A stretch of 64,000 bases of DNA from Styela clava. Its lineage: Eukaryota. Location of the stretch: NCBI RefSeq assembly GCF_964204865.1, contig NC_135253.1, positions 9,920,001 to 9,984,000 on the forward strand. The letters run 5' to 3'. Every line of letters starts with the position of its first letter. Positions within the stretch are counted from its first letter, which is position 1. Below, one piece after another: positions 53,702-64,000 of the stretch. A model generated the notes under the pieces. The model was not told the DNA's origin, did no database searches, and saw only the letters and a list, made by a program, of their open reading frames with translations. The translations under genes were made by a program, and so were the position numbers.

Positions 53702-54142
53702 CAGGGGTTGGCAACCTACGGCTAGCGGAGCAATATAATCCGGTCCGCGACGCTTCACTGAATTATAGTAACAAATTATAGCTGTTTTGTCGATTATATT
53801 CTTTACGTAAAATAATTTACGTTAGTCTAAATTATATTATAACGTAACAAGTATATAATTCACAATTACTCGTTTAATGAGCCTATAATTTAATTATAAT
53901 TTAGTCAAATAGCAACAAAACGCAGAAAAGTTGATGCTAAGTGCAAATGGTTTAATGGCGCAAAAAATAGTCAAATGGTCAGTCTTCGCGCGCTGTTTAA
54001 AATTTAACTTCTGATCTGTGTGATAAAATGTGATTCATCGGTCATCCATTCGATTTTTAACTTTCTAAAAATATGTGCGGCCCGCCAATGACTTGCAACC
54101 TTTAATTTTGGCCCGCGAGCGACAAAAGGTTGCCGACCCTTG
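53702..54142. mobile_element. hAT-Charlie MITE (441 bp)
   Basis: TIR CAGGGGTTGGCAACCT / AGGTTGCCGACCCTTG and perfect TSD gcctagtc. Confidence 0.9.
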
Positions 54143-54199
54143 GCCTAGTCTCTAGTACGTTGGTCATTTTCGGAGTTCTTATAACGGCTTCATCACAAT

Positions 54200-54498
54200 G
54201 GTGATGTGCGCGTTGTGACAGACTGAAACAGATGATTGCACCATTCTTGATGAGATGACGCGGTTCTTTCTGATATGGTTCTTTCAAAGTTCGGAACGTT
54301 TCTCCAAAGATGTTGATTGTTGAATAATTTAGTATGGGAAACAGTCAAAAGTTGATGGAATAGCAGTCAAATAGTGGTGAAATAGTTGTCAAATAGAATT
54401 CCGGTAAAATACAGTGCTTTTCATACAGGAGGTATCAATTATAACTTTATAATACAAGTAGAACATAATTATTGGATGTGATTTAAACTAAGTCTAAT
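54200..54498 (+). repeat. Dispersed repeat, copy B (copy A at 465-725)
   Basis: Collinear similarity to 465-725 in the same orientation. Confidence 0.75.
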
Positions 54499-54742
54499 CA
54501 ATGATTGAAAATATTGGTCTCAAAGCATGGTTTAAAATTATTTTGGGGCTGTGGTAGGATCATAAGTTTAAATAAATCAAGGGCTTCTTCCAGCCTGGAC
54601 ACACACCTCTCTTCGATAGCCAAGATTACATACATGTTGGCAATTAATGGCGTTCAAATTCTTTTGGATTGAGTCATAACACGATACTCTGCCAGGAATT
54701 TAGTGCCAGAATCAACATTATATTTTTTATGGATATATTTTC

Positions 54743-54926
54743 GGTACTCCCGTAGTATGTGTACCAGGTTAGGGTTAGGCCAGAGTTTTATTCCGATTTT
54801 TTCCTATTTTCTATTACGAGTTCGGGACTGACTGTATTAGCCAAGTGAATATACCCCATGTCCATAGGTTTCAGTCCTTTTGGACAACTTGATGGTAAAG
54901 TAGGAGAACAAAATTATTGGTATACA
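54743..54926. mobile_element. MITE of the GGGTACTCCC / TTAGGG family, right end truncated
   Basis: Collinear with 47683-47898. Confidence 0.8.
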
Positions 54927-57309
54927 GTTGGTGAATTCATATCACAAAAGGTATTAGTCAGAATACCTAACTTTTTAGATCGCAAACCAATGCAGCACCG
55001 AATACAATCAGTTATCATCGAAACTAAGGGTAGTGAATGTATTTGCTATCTTGGGTGACCACTAGGCTTGCACGTAATTTACGGATTTTCGGAATTATTT
55101 CGAGTTACGGAAGCGAAGTTACGAATTACGTAAAGTCGTAATTATTGGTCGAGCGCTTTCGCGATTAAACGAGCTCTCTTCAGAGCAGTCAATTCCGTCG
55201 ATTGTAAAAAATTAAAGTTTAAGTAAAAGAAGTTAGAGTTCTGGTATTCGCAGCCGTTTTTCTCTCTCTTGTTAGGCAGATGGGGAAGGCATAACGCGTA
55301 TTTACTAACCTATTATCAACTTATCTAGGATGGCCAATGTACATATTAACCGTAAATAAGGAATAGAATTGTGTTGAGACCGATGGACGTCGGGTGAAAC
55401 GACTAAAGAATGTAAGAGATCAACTTATAAAACATGGTCTATTTGTAAATGCCGTGATAATTAATGCCGCGCTTATCAAACATCAATATAAAGACGGAAG
55501 AGAAATTGCGTAATGAACCAACGCAACTTAGTCTTTTCGGCATCGGTAAAGCGATTGAGACGGCAGAGAACCAACAATACGACGGGATTTCCCGTGTTTA
55601 TTCTGCGCGAGATCCATTTTCTATTACAAAATCTTGATGTTCTGTTACCGATTTTATCGTTATATATCTGTCCGGACTTGGCATTGCTCAATATGTTTTT
55701 CACAATGCCTCGCAAGTCGCAATATGTCGGCCAAATATGATTACCTGTCTTTACCAAATGCGGCAACTCATTTTGATTTATCGTCGACTCGAATACCACC
55801 GGCACTCGACCAAACTTGTGTCAATCTTGGCAAATAGGATTGTCGGCTTGAGCAATGACATTAAACAACATGATGCGCAACTCCGGCATTTTTGTCCGAA
55901 GATCGTATTCGATAGCACGCTCCAATGCACATACTTGACGAGACGAAAACGAGCGGATGTGTGCTGCTTTCAAGGCGTAGCACGAATGGTGTTCGTGCCT
56001 GCTTTGACAGTTGTTGTCGATTTTAATGATATTTTGGAAAGTTAAGGTAAAAAGAAATCGGAAAAAGGTAAGGTAATCACTATTGTTGTATATCACGCCC
56101 GGGCATCGCACTGTTAAGTATATGTGGGAAAGCCAGCCTTTGTCAAATACTACGAGGTTATTAATTCAGTACGGTACGTAGTTGCCCATTTGCCGAAATT
56201 ACATATTTACTTACCCCTTATGGTTTCAAATAGTTTATGCACCTCCAGTTCGATTTTTTTAATCAGTGAGGATATATACTCATTGTTGATTGCTGCTCAT
56301 TGTAACATACTATTGCGCATTCACTTTTATTTCCGTATTGAATCAAAGTGTTAACAAGTTCACCGAACATTTCACTCATACCGGTCTATATTGTATAGTC
56401 TGATCTCTCAAGTATTTGGAGCCACGAATGCTTGTAATTTTCTGACTAAACCCTTTTATTAGTTGGTTTATATACCAAATTCAGTAAAATATTTTTTACA
56501 TAAAACATGAGATATTGGATTTATTAGCTTTTCCAATCTAAATCAAATAGACTGCTTTATTTATTCTTAAACGAAAATTAATAAATCTCCTCTCTTTTTT
56601 CAGATGTAAAAGTTGTGGACAAACCTGTCTAAGCATTGTGAGACTCTTGCAGCACAAGAGGCAATAGCAGAAATAGTAAGTATATCAATCAAGAAATTAA
56701 GCCGACATAAAGCAAAACTTTCAACTATTCGTCTAATCTCAATTTCCTATTATTTATTCACAGGACAACTATAGCAGAGGGGGAGATATCAGAAGTCTGG
56801 CGACATATCAGTGACAGTGTGATTCCAAGAAATATAATTAGAGTACTCCATAAATGTTTGCAATAGAAAAACAACCTATGGAGGCATGCAAGGACATTTG
56901 ACCCTCCGGTAGAGTTGTGTATGGCCCCCACATCCTGCAGGGCCAGAGGAAAATAACTAAAAATTCCAAAGCGTAAGATTGCATAAGCGGTCTTATTTGT
57001 AAAAAGGCACAAAACACGCCAGACAAACTTAAAACAGCTTTGGAAAATGAGGATTACGGCTAACTCACTGCACCTGTGTTATATTTGGTTCATCAACTTT
57101 TGGTAGTATTATAGAAGAAATTCCGGAAGGGGTATAATTAGGCTTACCATAAATCTGAAACAAAAAACCGGGACGGTGCGATTTGGCAAACATTCGGTCG
57201 ATTGCCAGTTTTGATAATATTGGAACGTCTACCATGCCATTGCGGGTATATACGGCTGTAAATCTCTACTGATCATTAAATTAGAAAAAACACAAAAAAC
57301 TAGTTTGTA

Positions 57310-58738
57310 TTATTCATTTAGTTTAGACCAAAAGTATTTGTCCGCAGATGGAACCTTTCTCAAAAATTCTTGTTTTGATTTTGTCATAAAACTGATAACA
57401 AGAGACATCACCATTAAATTTGCAGGTTACGGAGAGGTTTTATATTTTCTTCTGGCATTCTGCACTTGCTTTCGGACCAAAATTTTTTAACAATGGAGAA
57501 AATCCTTTCAACAGATGCCGATGTCCCGGAAAACAAAATCAACTAATTCGCTGCAAATTCGAAATGCTAATATTTCTGTTAGAAAAAACGTTAAACATCT
57601 CTGTCCACTTAATTTAACCGGCAAAGTAAGCCAAATTGCATTTGAACCATGCTCAGATAAATATCTCTTTATCAGTATTCGTCAAAAAGTTCATCGCTAT
57701 TCAAAACCTGATCAGCTAACCAAACATATCATTTATCAATTTTGCAGACCAAACACTTCAGTCCAGTTTATTTCACTTTTCAAATTTGTCCATATGTGTG
57801 GCCTGGCAGCATTGTAGGCTTCAATTATATACGATAGACATTTCTCGTAAAAGTCCCAAACATTCTTTTTAAATACAGTTACGTCAATTTCGACAGAGCG
57901 TTCCAGGGATTCCGGAAGTACAAGTGATTGCGACGAAACCAACAGACTTTATCTTTTTTCCTGCAAATTTAGCTTCACCTCTGACAGAATATTTGCAACA
58001 TCTACGGCAGGGGTCGGTAATCTTTTGTCGCCCGCGGGCCAAAATTAAGGGTTGCGAGTCATTGGCGGGCCGCACATATTTTTAGAAAGTTGAAACTGAA
58101 CGGATGATATTTTTTATATTAAAAATCAAGCAGTCATACATATCTCGAATAGAATATAGATTTATTTCCTCATTGCATCTCAAAAAATTTCATTTGAATA
58201 TTTTCAGCGCCATTGAACCCTTTGCACTTAGCATCAACTTTTCTGCGTTTTGTTGCCATTCGAGTTTGAAGTAAATCATCATTAAATTCAGAGGAGAACA
58301 GCGGAGCAATGCACCGACTCTCATTTATTTCTGGCTGAACGTGCAAAATCAGCGAATCCGCTCATCAGACAGCGGACATCAGAAATTCTAACTGTGTATA
58401 TTTACAAGTTAATGCAAATTAAGCCTCAAAAAAATTTGAAATTAATTTAGAGGTGCAGTCAAAACTTTGGTCATGAATAGCAGTGTGATAGGCAAATGTC
58501 GGCTGCCAACGACACAGAATCACCCGAATTTGTTATCGCAAAATTGGTCAGTCGAGTCGATTCCTAAATGTTTTGTGCTTCCTGCTTTGGATATGATCGT
58601 TGACATCTGAACGACCGCCATGACTAATAGAAAAACAGATCAGCAATGCGTACAGTGTACCTTTCCTCCTTCAGTTTGCTCCAAAAAAGGAAAATATTTC
58701 TTCAACTCGTCAGAAAACTTGTACTTCCTTTTTGGCAT
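57310..58738 (-). pseudogene. Disrupted hAT transposase
   Basis: N-terminal BED-like finger MPKRKYKFSDELKKYFPF..HCTHC*SVFSISHGGRSDVNDHIQSRKH, then TFAYHTAIHDQSFDCTSKL, FKKNVWDFYEKCLSYI, LFDEY, and dimerisation motif GTSASVERIFSIVKKFWSESKCRM. Stops, frameshifts, and most of the catalytic core is missing. Confidence 0.88.
58008..58260 (-). mobile_element. Truncated copy of the 53702-54142 MITE family inside the Blackjack-like element
   Basis: Reverse-complement match to 53910-54142 (CAGGGGTCGGTAATCTTTTGTCGCCCGCGGGCC..GCACTTAGCATCAACTTTTCTGCG). Confidence 0.85.
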
Positions 58739-59091
58739 TTCGACAACCTAACGACATTGCAGTTAACGCCAGAAAACGCATTAAAACATATACCAATTGT
58801 GACATAACAATAGAGCGATTTCTCTCTCCGAACTAGCAAAGTGTGTCGCAAAACAGTGGTAAATGGGCTGTCACCGTTAAAAAGAAAATTGTGATAATAA
58901 TGAACATAATTTTTTTACCCATGAAAGCCGTGCTGACAAACCGGGACATTTGATTCAACCGGCCGGGACGCCGGCACAGCTTGTCAAAACCGGGACTGTC
59001 CCGGCTAAACCGGGACGTATGGTAAGCCTAGGTATAATCATCATTCATGATAAAATACTATCATATATTTTTGGACAACTTCAATCTAGAC

Positions 59092-59873
59092 CAGGGATCT
59101 CAAACTCGCGGCCCCAGAGAACTTGTCATATTTCCATCAATACAATAAAAAAACACAATAAGCTCAGCAGTCAATATGACAAATTCGAAGACCAACTTCG
59201 AACAGAAATTTCCATGTGTTTGTATAATAATATAATTATACAACGACTTAGTAACTGAAAATCAGTATCAATAATAATTCAAGCAATCCTATGCCACGCA
59301 ATGTGGTGCAAAATGTCTTGTCGAAGAAATCTGTCATTTGTTTTTTTACTGATCTATACATTAAATGATAAAAGTAACTTTTTTGCATTAATGGAATTAA
59401 TTAAACATTCGCAAAGATCCAGATTAACCCATGATCACGTGGCCTCATTAGTTAGAGTTGGTACTATAAAATCATTTCAGCCTGGCCTTAGTATGCTGGT
59501 GACACAAAAAAGATGCCAAACGTCAGGACAAATGGAATTATTAAAAAATTTAGTTTATACTGTAGTAATTTTGTTAATTTTAGGTTCATATATTTACAAT
59601 AAGTTATTTTTAGTGTATGTATTATTCTTTCCTTATTCAAAGCTTGTTCAAAAATGATTTTGACGGTTGTACATAGAATTTTATGATTTTTTATATTAAA
59701 ATTATTTTTATAAATAAATTTTTTATAATAAAAATACAGTAACTTGCAAATGTTGCAATAATAGTGGAATGCAAGTATTAATATGTAATTGCATTTGAAA
59801 TTGAAGAAAATAATAAAACTTAATTTCCAAAATGCAATGCCGCTCTCGAAAACCCATGAGTTTGACACCACTG
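59092..59873 (+). mobile_element. Nested hAT-Charlie/SPIN-like non-autonomous element
   Basis: TIRs CAGGGATCTCAAACTC / GAGTTTGACACCACTG. Retains GTF2IRD2/SPIN-type transposase C-terminus (ALMELIKHSQRSRLTHDHVASLVRVGT..KRCQTSGQ); TSD degenerate. Confidence 0.82.
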
Positions 59874-60410
59874 ATTTATTCTAGACGATTCCAGCATTGC
59901 TTTGGGAAATAATATCACTTCAATTAAATTAAATAATCTCGCTACATTAAATACAAAATCGTTGCTATCATAAAGGTAAACCAATTCAGCCACTCGAAAT
60001 ATATTGGCCTTCACAAAGCAATGGAGGCAAAATTGAGAGTTCATGAGCTATGAACATTTGTTCTTTTCTTTGTCTATGTGATGGGCATACATAACTTTAA
60101 CTTTTATTTTCTGTCATGATGTATTATCTCAATGTGCCAAACTATTAATTAGTGTGCATATTTTGTTTCCAGATGACATAAATGTATTGTCTTGTCTTGT
60201 TTATTACCTCAGTAATAAGTAGTATTGACAAGAAAAAGGTGCCAGTAAATTAGGTAAAAAAAATTTTTCTCTTTGTTAGTTAACTCTTTGTTATAATCAG
60301 AATTCACAATCAATAGGAATTATAAACATCCAACAATCAATGAGAACTATATGCGAAATCCCTCAGAATAAATTTGTCTAAAATCGGAGGAAGGCAAAAA
60401 ATATAGGTAG

Positions 60411-60514
60411 TTTCCATCCACACAAGCATTTCAAGAAGACTTGCTCGAGCCAAACTAAATGAGCATCGTCAGGTGATCGGTAAGGCTGCAAGTTGAAATC
60501 AGCCCTGCAACCTC
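60411..60514 (-). pseudogene. Putative P-element/THAP9-type transposase fragment
   Basis: After TTTTATGCAG| it reads GGCRADFNLQPYRSPDDAHLVWLEQVFLKCLCGWK, resembling the LxPYRSxDDxRLxWLExxFLxYLxxWK segment of invertebrate P transposases (recognised by eye only). Confidence 0.5.
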
Positions 60515-61950
60515 CTGCATAAAAGATAATAATAATTGGTGGGCTATGAGCTAAATTCCTAAATTTAAACAAACCTATCTACGATGCATTATGTACCAGC
60601 AATGTTACCTACGATTAACTGAATATGTAATATGTCTAATAAATTCACCTGCAAAAGCAAGTTCGATAGGTGCAAACTTTGTGTTATGGAATTGTATCAC
60701 AGCACAGTTTTGTATGACACCCTCTTTAAATGAAATTTCAATGATTAAGCGAAAACATTAAAATTACTAACTTTGAACTTTGTCATTATCTGCAAAATGT
60801 TCCACATAAATCTTTCCGCTATCGCGTTTGTAATCTTCTCTGATAAAAAAACGTCTATGATGTCCAGAATTGCTCTTTACAGCTTGCCTGCCATTCCAGC
60901 TTTCCAAGTGAGCAAAACTTCTTAGATATAGAGATTATTTTGTTTCGTTACAGACGCAAAAAGGCAGGTACTACACGTAAAAAAGACGCCGAGTAGCAAA
61001 AGCGAGCGGAAAACGGACGCGAAAGGCGGCGAGAAATATGTGCATTGGAGCGTATCAGGAAATACAATCTTTTGCCTGTAGTCTTATGGAGTGACGTCAG
61101 AGTTGCCTATCATGTTGTTTCATGTCATTGGCTTGAGTTAGAATAATAAATTAATATTTTCATGAGTACAAAATAAATGTCACAAAATGCATTGTTTTGC
61201 GATATAACTTTGTATTTTCGGAGAAGGCGTGTCATATAAGTACGGTATTTTAAATAATGCGCAAATAATTAATATTTGATCTAAATTTATCGCAAATAAT
61301 GTTATAACTTTTAGGTCGCGAAATGATTTAATTTAAAATGAAGCATAGAATTCGGAATATCGTCAATAAGTCGGCATCAATAATTATTATAAAATGCTAA
61401 CTAAGTAGTAAAGTCGGATATTGGTGAAATAACAAGTCTTCGTCGCGAGGCATGCGAAAGTATAATCAAACGAGAGAATACGCTTGTAGTTGATTAATAA
61501 ATTAGCAACCCGGAATTTTTATTTAATACGAAAGTCGTATTAATATGTTAATACGATAAAAAAAAAGTGAACTATCGTTTCCTAAATATATTACCAGTGT
61601 TGGTAATGATAAAATTGATCGCATAAAATTTGGTGATAAAGTGGTTAAAAAAAATCAAAGCTAATACAAAAGATAAAAATCAGAATAAAATTATTTTGAA
61701 TTCACTCCTTGACATTTGTCTTTAACATCTGTCGCCGGCGTGTAGTACTGCCGGGAATATGAAAACCAAACTTCGATGTCCCATCCGGAATAGAAGTGGA
61801 TTAAATTGGTTGTCATGATCGGTTTAAATGTGTGAAAAAAAAATATCGCAATTACGGGGTCATTACGTAATCGATTTGGCCGTAATTACGGAATTGATTT
61901 TTGTCAATTACGTGCAATCCTAGTGACCACTTATCTTATATCTTGAGATA

Positions 61951-62300
61951 CCATGTTTTTACCCGAAAATAAGACCTAGCCTGAATTTTAAGAATGATTT
62001 TGATATAAGCTCCTCCCCTTAAAATGAGACCTAGTCAATAACGCAATTTTTTTTTACCTGGATAGCAAGAAATCTCTCCCATACGTTTTGAAGGATTATT
62101 CTAAAACGTGTGAGATAGGAAAACGTGTCATTTAAGTAAATAAAGTATCGGTTTTCATATTTGAAAATCTCCTAATTTTGTACTTTCTAATTTTGTTTTT
62201 GATAAATAAAATTATAAGACATCCCCCGAAAATAAGCCCTAGTGTTATTTTTCGAAAAAAAATTTAAATAGGAAACTGTCTTATTTTCGGGGAAACACGG
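61951..62300. mobile_element. Tc1/mariner (Tc2/pogo-like) MITE
   Basis: TIR CC(G/A)TGTTT..CCCGAAAATAAGAC flanked by TA on both sides; internal CGAAAATAAG repeat. Confidence 0.85.
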
Positions 62301-64000
62301 TATCTTAATAATTAGTCAAAATTATTTGATTCATTGCAGGAACGCGGTCCGTCGGCTTTTGCTACCTCAAGTTGTGCTACTCAATGTGGCCAATTCGAAC
62401 AGGTTTTATGTTGTTAAAATCAAAACTTTGAACAAAATTATTCAATTTCTGCCTGGAATTTTTAATAATAATGAATAGTGAGTGTGATTGGACTAAAATT
62501 TAGATTTCTTTCAAGGTTTGAAGTGATCAAGGTAAAAAAGCATGAAGATGGTTATGTTGAATAGTCGCGAACAGGGGGGTAGAAAAATCACCCAGCCCTC
62601 TTGTAACATCCCATTACAAAATTTCAAAATGAAATTATAGGAAAACTTAACATTGCGACGGATTCAATCGTTAATCGACTTTTGGAGAAGCGTACAGTAA
62701 TCGATTGGAAAATCAAATTCTCTACGGGGTGACGGATTATATCATAAATATTTCATCGACAATGAGTGGCGAACGCGAGTAAGAAACTAATTATCATCCG
62801 AATTATCCTATCTAACGGACGCGATGACTTTTGTCAAAATTTCGCACATGGCCAAGTGTAAGGAAAACCACACTCCCTCCGTCCATGGAGCGTAATCAAT
62901 TGCGATTATTTGCACTGAGGTACATGTTAGAACAACTCGTCTCAGCGTTGTCCACTTCATCTCCTGAATTATCCTCGAGTCATAAACTGTGGAGATTAAA
63001 AGAAATCAATACCTAATTTGATTAGTGTGACAGCTGCGATGCACATATGCGAAACTGTGATTCCCAAAGCGAGTTTGTCTGGGGAACTAAAAACGGGATC
63101 AAATTTAACATTAGCCAACGGTTCGGTCATATGCATAGCTTTCTGATGTTGAACCGGGTTTAGAGTTAGACACAATAAATGTTGGAGTTATAAATAGGCC
63201 TATCACTAACTAATTGTCGATCTATGTTTAAATCGCTAAGCCGGGGTCAGATTTACTACATGAAGCGTTACCAGTTGAAGACTAAAATACCATAAAACAA
63301 TCACAACTGCGCTAAATTTTATGTTTTAAGGTAGTGATCGAGTGCAAAAGTCATTCCTAAGACGGAAGTTCAGTTGTCTTTCCCAAAAACTTCTTTTTGA
63401 AATACTCAAATGAATAATCATATTCAAACAGTGGTATGAAACATCTATTGTTAAATCTTGCTTTAATATTATGCTTATTAAGAATCTACTATTCAGATTC
63501 ACGATTAACACAGTAGAAAGCAAGTATATAGGAACTGCAGAAAACAGAAAATATACAATAAAATACACATTTCATGATTGTTAATGAAATGACAAACAAT
63601 AATTTTGGTTTGAAGGAGACAAATAATAAAACATCCCTATCAAAATTCAATTTAGGATTACCCAATACCCATAAAAATTAGTTTATAATTAGATAATTAT
63701 TCGAATATATGATGATAAATTTAAGTTGCGTGGAACTGTTACAAAAGAAAATTTATGCAGGCTATTTCATAATATTGCTACAGAATGAAATCATGAAAAT
63801 AATATTGTAAAGCCAATTTAAAAAACACGAAACTATTTGGGTGTGGGCATGCCCATTAATTCAATCCTAGTCAGGTTTAGAGAAAAAAAATATATTACCA
63901 TAAATTATTGTCATACATTGATTCAGTGATGGTGTTATTAAAACAGAAAATATGGTAACAGGCAATGCTTCACTATTTAGCATAAGAATTACATCAACAT

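Larger units (their letters stand above)
57139..59030 (-). mobile_element. Nested hAT (Blackjack-like) element, internally deleted
   Basis: 13-bp TIR TAGGCTTACCATA, perfect TSD ggtataat, CCGGGAC subterminal repeats. Confidence 0.92.
55063..61922. mobile_element. Composite 6.86-kb DNA transposon with hAT-like ends and nested insertions
   Basis: 17-bp TIR TAGG(C/A)TTGCACGTAATT (1 mismatch), perfect 8-bp TSD gtgaccac (55055-62 and 61923-30), ATTACG/CGTAAT subterminal repeats at both ends. Confidence 0.88.

Noticed and set aside
55806-55823. Selenocysteine readthrough of the in-frame TGA
   Set aside because: No SECIS or redox-motif context is evident; a nonsense mutation in decaying transposon cargo is simpler.
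62810-63535. Two good minus-strand acceptors (~62987, ~63535) followed by short open frames
   Set aside because: No recognisable protein; may belong to a gene beyond the window but cannot be supported here.
1-64000. CRISPR arrays, rRNA or prokaryotic operons; the many 60-100 aa ORFs in the track
   Set aside because: The sequence is intron-containing eukaryotic DNA with no repeat-spacer periodicity; the short ORFs are antisense shadows or chance frames, often with non-ATG starts.

Overview
AT-rich eukaryotic (animal) genomic DNA with GT-AG introns, most plausibly an invertebrate chordate such as an ascidian (inferred from gene content, compact genes and repeat style; not proven). Three complete spliced genes lie on the minus strand, each reassembled by hand with consistent splice phases: (1) a 5-exon ephrin-B-type ligand (27960->12612, 359 aa) with an atypical cytoplasmic tail; (2) a 7-exon dermatan-sulfate epimerase-like gene, DSEL (42379->35688, 1200 aa; epimerase + 2 TM + sulfotransferase-like domain); (3) a 3-exon FLVCR/SLC49-family MFS transporter (47613->45526, 465 aa) with a divergent substrate pocket and a C-terminal dileucine motif. 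Most other ORFs in the track are spurious. The flanks (1-6 kb and 48.9-62.3 kb) are packed with non-autonomous DNA transposons (several hAT lineages with 8-bp TSDs, a Tc2/pogo-like MITE, and a TTAGGG/YY1-motif MITE family). The most unusual structure is a 6.86-kb element (55063-61922) with hAT-like ends and a perfect 8-bp TSD. It contains three nested hAT insertions and decayed coding pieces that look more like a P-element/THAP9-type transposase and a C2H2 zinc-finger gene than a hAT transposase. No rRNA, tRNA or CRISPR array was found.
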